Shown: positions 13,875 through 29,292, numbered from the stretch's first letter. The stretch: 64,000 bases of DNA from Eledone cirrhosa (GCA_964016885.1 OZ024742.1:70618001-70682000); one strand, 5' to 3'. Numbers and translations: made by a program. The notes: generated by a model from the letters alone, not told the origin.

Positions 13875-15812
<1,938 letters not shown>

Positions 15813-15871
15813 GATGGCTGTCCCCTCGTTAAGGAGTCTAGCCATTGCACGATATAACATTATTAATAATT

Positions 15872-15995
15872 ATCAATTAATTGTTTCTACTTTTGGCACA
15901 AGGCCAGCAATTACCCAGTGCATTACTGGTACTTTATTTTATCGACCCCGTAAGGATGAAAGGCAAAGTCAACCTCGGCGGGATTTGAACTCAGA
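15872..15995 (-). mobile_element. tRNA-derived SINE, 5'-truncated
   Basis: Reverse complement reads gagttcaaatcccgccgaggttgactttgcctttcatccttacggggtcgataaaataaagtaccag; same family as 29848, 30742 and 60825. Confidence 0.8.
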
Positions 15996-16517
15996 TCGAT
16001 CAATTAATGCTATCGTGAAATGCCTGTGCGTGACGGTTTTTTTTAAAGTGAGGAAAGACTGTGCACTGAGCCAATCCCACTCTCTGAGTGACAGTAGCTA
16101 TAACCCGAAAAGAAGAAAAGATCAACATCATCGGTAACTACTGAGCCGCAGGTTTTATATTCCCCCTCCCCCAATTCAGAAATTCTTCAACCGCCCCTGT
16201 ATATATATACATATATACAGTGGCAAGTGGGCCCCAGGGGGGCTCACGGTATCATTGCAAGATCCCACAGTAGCATTGCAGAGCCCACTGTAGTATTTTA
16301 GGCTAATGCTTTGCTTAAAAAAAATACCTGAAATCTAAGAGAAAGAATAACATTTTTTAAAAATAAACAAAACAATTAAGCAAAGCATTTGGTCAACCAA
16401 TTCCCCAGGGAATTACTAAAACCAAAATATACGATAGTGCGAATAGCTGGAATCAGTGGTTGTACATTCTACTAAATCTAAAGCTTAGTGTATTCATTCA
16501 TGCATGCAAACATACAT

Positions 16518-16955
16518 AATATTGCCAGAAATAATAATAGAACACACTCACTGTTTGGTTGGGTTGATTTTCGCTTCTGTATCTTTTATATCTCCATAGT
16601 TAATTTATTTGGCAATCAATCAAATAAAAATGACATAGAGATTACAATACAATGGCAGGAAACATAATAGTACCACTGATGATGCCGCAGATGTGCGACG
16701 AAAGAACGTTGATAAACTATATATATATTTATATCTGTATTTTTAACCGCTGGTCAATCAATGATAAACATTGATTGCCAAATAAATTAACTATGGAGAT
16801 ATTAAAGATACAGAAGCGAAAACCAACCCAAACCAAACAGTGAGCGTGTTCTGTTTTTATTTCTGGCAATATTATAACAATATGACCCTCCCCAAGTATA
16901 ACAATATTTGTTTCGAAACACGATTTCATATCAAAATCCTTGCAAAACAAATATG
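16518..16955 (+). mobile_element. Short fold-back PLE pLTR remnant
   Basis: 16518-16620 is inverted relative to 16770-16872; HHR motif at 16670-16712; ends with the ORF start MTLPKYNNICFETRF, shared with the 25480-27080 family. Confidence 0.75.
16670..16712 (+). ncRNA. Hammerhead motif with degenerate cleavage site
   Basis: CTGATGA-t-gccgca/gatg/tgcgac-GAAA-gaac; homologous to 26882-26924. Confidence 0.55.
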
Positions 16956-17046
<91 letters not shown>

Positions 17047-17249
17047 TAGAATTGGTGCTCTGAAATAGCTATATATATATGAATGTATATATAGTGTATT
17101 TTGCAATACACTGTATGCTTAATTAAAAGCATTTCGAAGACCTTACGCTATTGTTTTAGAGTAGTGACAGTCTCACTTACTTTAAATGTTCAGCAAACAG
17201 GGAAGATAAAGCTGACAGAGCTCTGTTTCGTACTGATTGGTACTTATCA

Positions 17250-17600
17250 AAGCCAAGTACTCCACCTATTTGCTGAAATCATGAATGTTTGATTCTTATA
17301 GCACCTATTCTAATTTTCAATTTCTGCTTGACCGGCAACCGCTTTGTATAATCAGTTCCTGATTATTACTAGAATTCTATAAGAATCAAACATTCATGAT
17401 TTTCAGCAAACAGGTGGAGTACTTGGCTCCATAAGGAAAGTGTATGCTTTCGGACGTTCAACCATCTGGCAGGAGGGTATACGTTGCTGACGATAGCTAA
17501 TAAGCTTGAAACTAGTACAGCGTTCCTTTGTCAGTGTTGAACAAATGAGCAACGATGGTTGCTAGACACTGTACGGCTTAATTCGGGATGTTTGTTTACA
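17250..17600 (+). mobile_element. PLE pLTR remnant with local fold-back
   Basis: 17251-17301 is inverted relative to 17378-17428; contains a canonical HHR. Confidence 0.6.
17481..17523 (+). ncRNA. Canonical minimal type I hammerhead ribozyme
   Basis: acgttg-CTGACGA-t-agct/aata/agct-t-GAAA-ctag-TA-cagcgt: all core nucleotides, stem I 6 bp, stem II 4 bp, palindromic helix III (actagt). Confidence 0.8.
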
Positions 17601-17730
17601 AGCACACCGAGCATTATAATAAATGTTCGGTGAATCCATACGTACATATATATATGTGTGCATGTATGTATATATATATATATACATACTACTGTACGTC
17701 TGGATACATATATGTATGTACGTATACATA

Positions 17731-17814
<84 letters not shown>

Positions 17815-18493
17815 AGAATATTGAAGTTTGCTTGAAGCATTGTGGAAGAATAAATAAATATCTTTAAGTCGTTTGGAAGCCTCGACAATGCAAATGGGGA
17901 AATCTCCGGGTAACAAGATCCGGTGGTGGAGAGAGAGATGTAAGTGGGTGTACGTTGAGATGCGTGGTGTGTAAAGATGTGTAAATGTGTAGAAGAAAGA
18001 AGGGAAGAGTATAAAGGATAAAATAAAAATAACAACACAAGAGAGAGTTACCTTGGGAGAGATTTAATAGTTCCTATATATTTCGGATTCACATCCATCA
18101 ACTGGGGGTTTTTTTCCGGGGTAAAGGTTGTCTGTCGGACAGGTGCGAAACGCGTCCTCCGCGGTTTGTTGTTTTGAATATCTGAGGTATTCTGCAGAGC
18201 GCGCGTGCGCGTGAAATGGGGTCGGTCGGGCAGAGGTCAGCAGCCGAATGAGGGAGTGGTGTGGCGCTAGCTGTCAGTCCATTCTCAGCCTGTTTGTTAA
18301 ATGTTACTGTGTGTGTGTGTGCGCGTGTTGTTGTCTCGCTTGAGTGTGTGTGTGTGCGCGTGTGTAGTTGCCTTGTTCCTCTGTATTGGCAGTGTAGTAT
18401 GTTCGTGTGGTGGAATGCTACTGTGTGTATGCGTGTGTGTAGTTGTCTCATTTGTGTGTGCGTGTGTTGTGTGTTGCTACATCGTTTGTTAAC

Positions 18494-20272
18494 TTAAACC
18501 AGCCATCTCATTTCGCTTCTCTCTAATCGGTTGTTTAATTGCGGTTGCAGGCGTTTGATAAAAAGTGCTTCCTTGATACGTAACGTGCCGACGTTTCTTT
18601 CAGTCGCTAGAATTGTGACAATGGGCCTTCCGTCTTTGTTTCCGCATTTGTCTATGTGTTTCCGGAAAGACGAGGCCCTGGTTTTAGTGTGTTCCTTGAT
18701 CCGGATGTGCAAAGGTCGGATTGTGCTACCTATGTAGTATTGGTTGCACCTGTCACATTCTATCTTATACACGACGTATGTGCGTAGGCAACAGTTCGCA
18801 TGGCGTATCGGGCAGTCTCAAGGGAGCATGCGTCAGTAGATTTCCCGGGTTTCTTGGAGAGGCATCTTCGCAGGGAGGGGCCCGAGTGGGCCAGGTGGAT
18901 TTCGAGGCCCTCCCTCCGTATAGCCTTGCGGATAGCGTTGGTGGTATTCTCGCCCAGATGTGGAATTTTAAGGAAGCACTTGCCTTGGGTGCCTCTCTGT
19001 CTCTTGTGTCTGGTGTCTCCTATTCTGTCTGTGATCGAGGTAGGGTACCCGTTCGTCTCCAGCACCTCGAGGAATCGCTTGGTATGAGTGACACCACTCG
19101 CGGGATCGCTGCATCTGTTTTTGAATCGCGCGATCTCGTTCGTGATGTATCCTCTTTTGGCACTGTTAGGGAGGGCGGACTTGTAGTGAACGAACAGGTC
19201 CCTGCAGGCTGCCTTTCGGTAGAAGTTGCAGTGGATCCTTCCCTGTTCCGTGATGTTGATTCGGAAGTCAAGGAGAGCAAGTGACCCGTCTTCGTTGGGG
19301 TGTTCAACACTGAAGTCAATGTTCTCGTCCGTGTTGTTGAACGTCTCATAGATTCTGTTCGCCGTGTCTTAGGAAGATGTGAGGATGAGGATATCGTCCA
19401 CGTACCTTGAGAAAAAGGCTACGGCGTTGGGGTGTCAGGCGTTGAGTGCCTTGCGTTCGAGGTTGTCCATGTAAGAGATCGCTAGCACACCAGATAGGCT
19501 TGATCCCATGGGCAATCCCGAGGTTTGTTGGTATGTTTGGTTAAGGAATCCGAAGTAGGTGTTGTCGACGATGATGGATAGGAGTTGGTGGATGTCAGTG
19601 GTGGTGAGCCCGAAGCAGTGTAAGTCGGTGGATTGGACGCGTTCCATCAGTATATTGACGGCCGGGAGTGCCGGGACCGAGGTGTAGAGAGCGACTACAT
19701 CAAGGCTGAAGGCATATCTGTTATTCCTTCTGGTGTCGGGATCCATTTGATGCAGGCGCTTCAACACCTCCTCGGAGCTGTTAACGTGTCCCGGCAAGGT
19801 GTCTAAGATGGGTTTGAGTATTCTGGCTAGGAGCCATGAAATTTTGTAGAGTGGTCCCTCCACGCTCGATACGATGACCCTGATCTTCAGGTCGGGTCCC
19901 TGTTTGTGTGTTTTCACGAGGTGGTAGAAGGCGGGTAGTCTGCTGTTCCTTGTGAGGAGGTTGTATCTCAGCTTCTTCGGGAGCTTCCGCCGGTCGCAGA
20001 TGTTGGTCCAGGCGGCGTTGATGTGCTCTTCTATCTGCGCGGGAGTGATTCCCGTGACCTTGGAGTAGAGGTTGTCATCGTCAAGGTGTTGGAGGGCCAG
20101 GGTGTTGTAGGCCTCTCTGCTGATGACGCAGAATTCTTTTCCCTTGTCGGAGGGGAGATAGATGAGGTTCTTCGATTTTAGGTTGGAGAGAGTGGTGAGT
20201 TGAGATTTGGTGAGGTTATGTGTTGTGCGCGTGTGTTTGTGAAGTATATCCGAGATGGAGTGTTTTAGCCTG
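18494..20272 (-). pseudogene. Inverted 5'-truncated copy of the same PLE ORF
   Basis: ORFs 19435-20400, 18760-19065 and 18494-18772 are near-identical to the + strand copy. Confidence 0.92.
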
Positions 20273-21305
20273 CAAAGATGCCTCTCCAAGAAACCCGGGA
20301 AATCTACTGACGCATGCTCCCTCGGAGACTGCCCGATACGCCATGCGAACTGTTGCCTACGCACATACGTCGTGTATAAGATAGAATGTGACAGGTGCAA
20401 CCAATACTACATAGGTAGCACAATCCGACCTTTGCACATCCGGATCAAGGAACACACTAAAACCAGGGCCTCTTCTTTCCGGAAACACATAGAAAAATGC
20501 GGAAACAAAGATGGAAGGCCCATTGTCACAATTCTAGCGACTGAAAGAAACGTCGGCACGTTACGTATCAAGGAAGCACTTTTTATAAAACGACTGCGAC
20601 CGCAAATAAACAACCGATTAGAGAGAAGCGAAATGAGATGGCTGGTTTAAGTTAACAAACGATGTAGCAACACATAACACACGCACACACAAACGAGACA
20701 ACTACACACACACACACACAGTAGCATTCCACCATACGAACATACTACACTGCCAATACAGAGGAACAAAGCAACTACACACGCGCGCACACACACACAC
20801 ACTCAAGCGAGACGACAACACACGCACACACACACACAGTAACATCTAACAAACAGGCAGAGAATGGACTGACAGCTAGCGCCACCCCACTTCCTCATTC
20901 GGCCGCTGACCTCTGCCCGACCGACGCCATTTCACGCGCACGCGCGCTCTGCCGAATACCTCAGATATTCAAAGCAACAAACAGCGGAGGACGCGTTTCG
21001 CACCTGTCCAACAGACAACCTTTACCCCGGAAAAAAAAACCCAGTTGATGGATGTGAATCCGAAATATATAGGGACTATTAAATCTCTCCCAAGGTAACC
21101 CTCTCTTGTGTTGTTATTTTTATTTTATCCTTTATACTCTTCCCTTCTTTCTTCTACACATTTACACATCTTTACACACCACGCATCTCAACGTACACCC
21201 ACTTACATCTCTCTCTCCACCACCGGATCTTGTTACCCGGAGATTTCCCCATTTGCATTGTCGAGGCTTTCAAACGACTTAAAGATATTTATTTATTATT
21301 CCACA

Positions 21306-23930
21306 ATGCTTCAAGCAAACTTCAATACTCTCTTATCCTTACACCTGAGCCAGGAATTGTTTGCATCCGTAAGGGATCTCTTTAGACTGTCGGAGAAATG
21401 GGCCAACGCTGGCTGTCAAATTATTTTCCTGAAACGCTGCCTAAAAAACGATGTCATCCCCAACACCATCAGGAACATCCGCTTACCAGTAAGCCTACGT
21501 ACACCAGCTTTCCAAAACACCACTAACCGCATACATCGCACGTGTATTAAACAGATCCTGAGACATCTCAACCGCCAATTACACGTCCATAAGCGGACAC
21601 TCTCAGAGCGGACACATTGACTGCCAATAGCACCCGGGGACTTGCTCCTGAAAATCACTAAAGCAATCGACCAGTGCTACCACTCCAGAGTCCAATACCA
21701 GAAAAAACGGCTCAAGCGAAAATATGAGTGGATCTTGTCGAAACGCCACAACAGGAACATCGACACTAACGAACAGACGGACCAGAACCACGTGGGAAAC
21801 AACAACTTAACAACCGCCACCGCCGCATCCACCAACACCGAGCCATACCTCAACGATGCGACACACCTGGTCACCGACCTAACCGGCACTCTCACGAGCG
21901 ACGAGCTGAAACTCCTACATCTCGGACCCAAGTTCATCGTCTCACAACGTCTCGACGACAGACTCAAACTCAACATCGAGGCCAACTTTTGTCGAGCCGC
22001 TTACCAACTTAAATGGGTGACCGCCATCAACAGCGCCACAGAAAATAACAGCGCCCACGCAACCCACCCCAAGTTCCCCACTTACCACCCCGACAACCCA
22101 CTCCACCCCCCACCCACCAACCACGAACTCGACACTAAACTCATCAGGCTAAAACACTCCATCTCGGATATACTTCACAAACACACACACACACGCACAA
22201 CACATAACCTCACCAAATCTCAACTCACCACTCTCTCCAACCTAAAATCGAAGAACCTCATCAATCTCCCCTCCGACAAGGGAAAAGAATTCTGCGTCAT
22301 CAGCAGAGAGGCCTACAACACCCTGGCCCTCCAACACCTTGACGATGACAACCTCTACTCCAAGGTCACGGGAATCACTCCCGCGCAGATAGAAGAGCAC
22401 ATCAACGCCGCCTGGACCAACATCTGCGACCGGCGGAAGCTCCCGAAGAAGCTGAGATACAACCTCCTCACAAGGAACAGCAGACTACCCGCCTTCTACC
22501 ACCTCGTGAAAACACACAAACAGGGACCCGACCTGAAGATCAGGGTCATCGTATCGAGCGTGGAGGGACCACTCTACAAAATTTCATGGCTCCTAGCCAG
22601 AATACTCAAACCCATCTTAGACACCTTGCCGGGACACGTTAACAGCTCCGAGGAGGTGTTGAAGCGCCTGCATCAAATGGATCCCGACACCAGAAGGAAT
22701 AACAGATATGCCTTCAGCCTTGATGTAGTCGCTCTCTACACCTCGGTCCCGGCACTCCCGGCCGTCAATATACTGATGGAACGCGTCCAATCCACCGACT
22801 TACACTGCTTCGGGCTCACCACCACTGACATCCACCAACTCCTATCCATCATCGTCGACAACACCTACTTCGGATTCCTTGACCAAACATACCAACAAAC
22901 CTCGGGATTGCCCATGGGATCAAGCCTATCAGGTGTGCTAACGATCTCTTACATGGACAACCTCGAATGCAAGGCACTCAACGCCTGCCACCCCAACGCC
23001 GTAGCCTTTTTCTCAAGGTACGTGGACGATATCCTCATCCTTACATCTTCCTAAGACACGGCGAACAGAATCTATGAGACGTTCAACAACACGGACGAGA
23101 ACATTGACTTCAGTGTTGAACACCCCAACGAAGACGAGTCACTTGCCCTCCTCGACTTCCGAATCAACATCACGGAACAGGGAAGGATCCACTGCAACTT
23201 CTACCGAAAGGCAGCCTGCAGGGACCTGTTCGTTCACTACAAGTCCGCCCTCCCTAACAGTGCCAAAAGAGGATACATCACGAACGAGATCGCGCGATTC
23301 AAAAACAGATGCAGCGATCCCGCGAGTGGTGTCACTCATACCAAGCGATTCCTCGAGGTGCTGGAGACGAACGGGTACCCTACCTCGATCACAGACAGAA
23401 TAGGAGACACCAGACACAAGAGACAGAGAGGCACCCAAGGCAAGTGCTTCCTTAAAATTCCACATCTGGGCGAGAATACCACCAACGCTATTTGCAAGGC
23501 TATACGGAGGGAGGGCCTCGACATCCACCTGGCCCACTCGGGCCCCTCCCTGCGAAGATGCCTCTCCAAGAAACCCGGGAAATCTACTGACGCATGCTCC
23601 CTCAGAGACTGCCCGATACGCCATGCGAACTGTTGCCTACGCACATACGTCGTGTATAAGATAGAATGTGACAGGTGCAACCAATACTACATAGGTAGCA
23701 CAATCCGACCTTTGCACATCCGGATCAGGGAACACACTAAAACCAGGGCCTCGTCTTTCCGGAAACACATAGACAAATGCGGAAACAAAGACGGAAGGCC
23801 CATTGTCACAATTCTAGCGACTGAAAGAAACGTCGGCACGTTACGTATCAAGGAAGCACTTTTTATTAAACGCCTGCAACCGCAAATAAACAACCGATTA
23901 GAGAGAAGCGAAATGAGATGGCTGGTTTAA
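21306..23930 (+). pseudogene. PLE RT plus GIY-YIG polyprotein, one frame with two in-frame stops (21618 TGA, 23052 TAA)
   Basis: LGPKF, SDKG, LVKTHK, SLDVVALYTSVP, GLPMGS, RYVDD, VVYKIECDRC-YYIGST and IKEALFI..LQPQIN motifs; ORF pieces 21108, 21642 and 23358 share one frame. Confidence 0.92.
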
Positions 23931-24308
23931 GTTAACAAACGATGTAGCAACACACAACAGACGCACACACAAACGAGACAACTACACACACACAGTAGCA
24001 TTCCACCATACGAACATACTACACTGCCAATACAGAGGAACAAGGCAACTAAACACGTGCACACACACACACTCAAGCGAGACAACAACACACGCACACA
24101 CACACACAGTAACATTTAACAAACAGGCAGAGAATGGACTGACAGCTAGCGCTACCCCACTCCCTCATTCGGCCGCTGACCTCTGCCCGACCGACCCCAT
24201 TTCACGCGCACGCGCGCTCTGCCGAATACCTCAGATATTCAAAACAACAAACAGCGGAGGACGCGTTTCGCACCTGTCCGACAGACAACCTTTACCCCGG
24301 AAAAAAAA

Positions 24309-24344
24309 CCCCAGTTGATGGATGTGAATCCGAAATATATAGGG
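24309..24344 (+). ncRNA. Hammerhead-shaped motif with atypical core CAGTTGA (also 21040-21074 + and 18072-18108 -)
   Basis: ccc-CAGTTGA-t-ggat/gtga/atcc-GAAA-tata-TA-ggg. Confidence 0.55.
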
Positions 24345-24555
24345 ACTATTAAATCTCTCCCAAGGTAACTCTCTCTTGTGTTGTTATTTTTATTTTATCC
24401 TTTATACTCTTCCCTTCTTTCTTCTACACATTTACACATCTTTACACACCACACATCTCAACGTACACCCACTTACATCTCTCTCTCCACCACCGGATCT
24501 TGTTACCAGGAGATTTACCCATTTGCATTGTCGAGGCTTCCAAACGACTTAAAGA

Positions 24556-24606
<51 letters not shown>

Positions 24607-24733
24607 TGTAACACACAATAAACTGAGTCCTGATGCATCATTGATTTTTCGTTTTATATTATATCACACTCTGCTCTGTAAGAAATAGAGTGCTCAACTG
24701 GCATACCGCCTATGGAACCATCATAGCTACCAT

Positions 24734-25184
<451 letters not shown>

Positions 25185-25232
25185 TAGATAGAACCCTCTT
25201 TGTATTTTAGTCTTCACATTTATTATTACTAC

Positions 25233-25365
<133 letters not shown>

Positions 25366-25743
25366 ATATTAATAAATTTGAAGACTAAAATCCAAAGAGG
25401 ACTCGATAAGGATAAATATATATCAAATATATAAGAACCGTAGAGCAATAAATTAATATATAAATTAATATATATATATTTCGTTTCTGAATTTGTTTAG
25501 CAAGATATTTTATCTGAAATCGTGTGTTGAAACCGATATTGTTATACTTTGGGAGGGTCATGTTGCCAATAAGAAACACACGCACCAGTTGCTTTCACTT
25601 CAATTTATTATAATAAATTTATAATAAATTTATAAATTTATAAATTTATAAATTTCTGGTTGGTTGGTTGGTTCCACAACCAGATAGTTGTTTATATATT
25701 GTCATAGTTCTTTCGTCACACACTCTGTGACCTCTTCAGTGAC

Positions 25744-26680
25744 CATTAATAACAAAAAACAAATCCTCCATTCCCATTATGCCAAACCCATGACTTCCAA
25801 ACATCTGATCCACCGAAACTCGGCCGTTTCGGACCATACCAAAATCAACATACTGATTGCGGATTTAGTACGGGTGATGAGAAACGTGTCCCGCATGTGC
25901 AACCCCGAAGAACTAGAGAGACACATACAACACTTCATCCACCGTATGCAGTTCTCTGGCTACAATCAGAGAGATAAAATCAGAGTGTATAGAGGAGCCA
26001 GAACCAAATGGGAAAAAATGGTAAATAATGACTTAAATGGGACCTGCCCCTTGTATAGGAGCAAATTTTGGAATAGAATAGAAAGAACTAGGAACAAGGC
26101 TAATAGAATAAATTCATGGTATGATAGCAATAAATACCAGAGTGTAATGTTCATCGATACAACCCCTAGAGGTGAATTAGCTTACAAATTTAGAAGGGCC
26201 CTAAATAAACATAAACTCAATATTAAGATAGTAGAAAGACCAGGTACCTCCGTAAAAACACTTATTAGCAAGACATACCCTTTTCAAAGACCCTCATGTA
26301 TAGATAAGAAATGTATAACCTGTAAAATAAGCCCCCATATTAACTGTAAAACTAGAAATGTAGTGTATAGCTTAAGATGTACTGAAGGACAATGTAGAGA
26401 CAAAAATATAGTGTACATAGGTGAGACAGCTCGTAGTGTAGGGGAACGGATAAATGAACACTGGCGAGACCTTCAAGATAGTAAAGAATCATCTGTTCTC
26501 TACCAACATGCTAAAATAGAACACAAGGGTAAATTAGAGAACATAGAAATAAAAATAGAATCTACACACAGAAAAGACGCAATGTTTAGACAAATTACAG
26601 AGGCAATAAACATAAAAGAATTACAACCAAAATTAAATAGAAAATATGAGTGGAACAGCAACATCACAACTTACAATTAA
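25744..26680 (+). CDS. PLE RT C-terminus plus GIY-YIG endonuclease (open frame but 5'-truncated)
   Basis: HYAKP, SGY, CITC...NC..RNVVYSLRC...C...YIGET, HAKIEH and RQITEAINI..LQPKLN motifs. Confidence 0.85.
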
Positions 26681-26881
26681 GGACAAAATGAAAACACACA
26701 CACACATAGAACAAACAACCAACCAGTAACATGTAAATAAACAAATAAATAAATGAACATAAACACACTCAGACACCCGGATGTGGCGCATGCGCAGACT
26801 GAGCACACAACACGCACACGGAAACAAAATGGCGTAGGACAGAACAAAGGAGAGGCACAGAAACAAAGAAAGGAATCCCCA

Positions 26882-26924
26882 GTCACTGAAGAGGTCACAG
26901 AGTGTGTGACGAAAGAACTATGAC
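26882..26924 (+). ncRNA. Minimal type I hammerhead ribozyme (mirror copy 25701-25743, -)
   Basis: gtca-CTGAAGA-g-gtcaca/gagtg/tgtgac-GAAA-gaac-TA-tgac; stems I and II pair perfectly. Confidence 0.78.
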
Positions 26925-27073
26925 AATATATAAACAACTATCTGGTTGTGGAACCAACCAACCAACCAGAAATTTATAAATTTATAAATTTATTATAAAT
27001 TTATTATAATAAATTGAAGTGAAAGCAACTGGTGCGTGTGTTTCTTATTGGCAACATGACCCTCCCAATGTAT

Positions 27074-27141
<68 letters not shown>

Positions 27142-27149
27142 GTAGTAGT

Positions 27150-27397
27150 AATAAGAAACGGAGAATCAGTGGTGCGACGAATTAAAATTTATTAGACATA
27201 TTACAATCGTTTCTCTGGCGACCAGCTTGAGGCACGATCGATGCGGTGATCGAACCTGACTCTGAAATCACAAGATTCGCAAGATTCGTCGCACCACTGA
27301 TTCTCTGTTTCTTATGTGATATTATACTCTGCTCTGTAAGAGCATCGAGTGCTCAAACGGCCTACAGCATACGGACGCTTTAAGCATCCCACACCAG

Positions 27398-27400
<3 letters not shown>
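27150..27400. mobile_element. Short fold-back pLTR-like remnant (related to 24640-24735)
   Basis: 27153-27181 is inverted relative to 27283-27312; minus strand has GAAA-cgattg-TA; actctgctctgtaaga...gagtgctcaa is shared with about 24670. Confidence 0.5.
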
Positions 27401-27432
<32 letters not shown>

Positions 27433-27689
27433 CGTGTGTGTGTGTGTATGTGTGTGTGCGTGTGTATGAAGAAGAGAAGTGGCTGTGTAGTAGCTAGATA
27501 AGGTAGGCTTAAAAATAAGAAGAAAGCAAGAACGGGAGAAGTTTTCTTCATCAGTTGTCTGCTGGGGGTCTCGGATATTTCTACGCATTAAAGAAAAGAT
27601 ATCTACCCCCAGTGCGTTCAATAACTAGGTAAGTTATTGGGAAAACAAATATAGGATAACAGAAGGGGGAATATATATATATATTGAGT

Positions 27690-27965
27690 GAGTGTGAAAG
27701 ACCAACTCCACGTCGAGCTGAGGAGGCCAAACTCTCCAAGTACCTGTCGCTCTCCGACAGGTTCATGGTCGTGCCCTTGGCAGTGGAGAATTCTGGTGTC
27801 CTTCGCCCTAGGGCTACTCCCTACTTATCACCATAGGCGCTGAGCTGGCCAACCGCAGGTGTGAGCCTCGCGAATTGGAATGGCTCTTCCAGCGCATCTC
27901 CCTTACCATCCTCCGAGGAAACGCCTTCTCCATTCTGTTCGCCGGAGCTGTGGGGAGGCTAGCAC
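27690..27965 (+). pseudogene. CRE-like non-LTR retrotransposon C-terminal (REL endonuclease region) fragment
   Basis: KYLSLSDRFMVVPLAVENSG...WLFQRISLTILRGNA translation. Confidence 0.7.
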
Positions 27966-28149
27966 GTGGAACCCTATTTGATCACCACACGGAGAGATGG
28001 GGAGAACGAGAGAAATGGAGGCGATGACAGTGTTAGTTCGGCTCTTCCACATTCGGACCATATCCTTGTGGTTGTGTTCATTAAACTGATAGTCTCATTG
28101 TTATTGATGTTTTTCATCTCCTTGTCTACTTTAACTGATTTACACTACT

Positions 28150-28383
28150 ATTCTGTGTCCTGAGTTAAACATTATTGAAAGTGTCTGGATTTCGCAAAAT
28201 ACATAATATTTTTATTGGAGAACGTAAGATATTTTTCCGCAAAAATTTGATTGCAGTTTTGTTTCCACTTATGTATTTTTTTTTAATGTTATTTATTCAT
28301 TATAAAAATTAAATGATAACATTCTATATGTAGATGAGCCCCCTTCACCTCCTGGCAACCAATATTTTTAGACATAGTCCGCC

Positions 28384-28430
<47 letters not shown>

Positions 28431-29292
28431 TGCCAATCATTGTAAGTTTGAATCTAACTGACATGCAAAAACATATATATAGGAATAAGGTAAGCCCAAA
28501 TCATAGTAGATTCAAATATCACAGAAAGAAAGCGAGAGAGAGAGGGGGGATGAGATGGAATAGAAATGAAACATGGATTACAGGTTAAAATATAGTCTAG
28601 ATAGATGTGAAACAAAACCAGGATGTAGTTTATGGAACCCCCCAAATGATTTAGAAGTCGACTTTAAGTAGGAGCAATAACATTAAGAAAGATATGAATG
28701 ACACCACAACATTTCGTTTTGAAAATTTTGAAAGTAGGTTTATAAGTATGAATTTTCACAAGATTTTCGTAGTTGTCTCTGTGGTCTAGCGGTAGGTACT
28801 AGACGGTGGAGATTCTGGTCAAGAGGTACATGTAACCTTTTTCAGTTTTTAAATTTACAACCAATAGAAAAAGACAGAAGAGGTTGCCCAGGATCGAACT
28901 TCAGACCAGGATCACCACCGTCTATGATTCCTCTAACTAGGCCACCAAGACAGCTACAAAAGTGTAATGAAAATTGATAATTATAAACCTACTTTCAAAA
29001 TCAAAGTTAAAAAGATGCGAGGTCGTTCGTGGCTTTCCTAGAGCTATTAGTAATATTTAGGGTCGACTTGTGGTCATTATTGAAAGTCTCTGGATTTCAC
29101 AAAATACATATTTTTTATTGGAGAAGGTAAAATATTTTTCAGAAAAAATTTGATTGCACTGTTTTGTTTCCACCTATGTATTTTTCGAAAATGTTATTTA
29201 TTCATTATAAAAATTAAATGATAGCATTCTATATGTAGGTGGACCCCCTTCATCTCCTGGCAACCAATATTTTAGGCCCAGTCCTCCACTGC
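28150..29292. repeat. DNA-transposon-like relics: direct repeat (28150-28388 and 29078-29292) and degenerate inverted repeat (28650-28822 and 28900-29072)
   Basis: ttattgaaagt.tctggattt...cctggcaaccaatattttt occurs twice; tttgaaagtaggtttataa / ttataaacctactttcaaa are inverted. Confidence 0.6.

Larger units (their letters stand above)
17811..24560 (+). mobile_element. Full-length PLE (Penelope/Poseidon-type) with upstream partial tandem copy and 2.46-kb inverted arm
   Basis: Inverted arm 17811-20272; partial tandem 20269-21300 (matches 23549-24560); ORF 21306-23930; three pLTR copies; both ends in (TA)n. Confidence 0.95.
25480..27080 (+). mobile_element. PLE, 5'-truncated, with inverted pLTR
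   Basis: 25537-25743 is the reverse complement of 26882-27080; encloses a GIY-YIG ORF. Confidence 0.92.

Noticed and set aside
19435-21620. In-frame TGA codons in the PLE as possible selenocysteine
   Set aside because: The TGA at 19435 is TGC in the sister arm, and the TGA at 21618 is not in a Cys motif. The zinc-finger cysteines of the Naiad-like elements here are ordinary Cys codons, and no SECIS was recognised.
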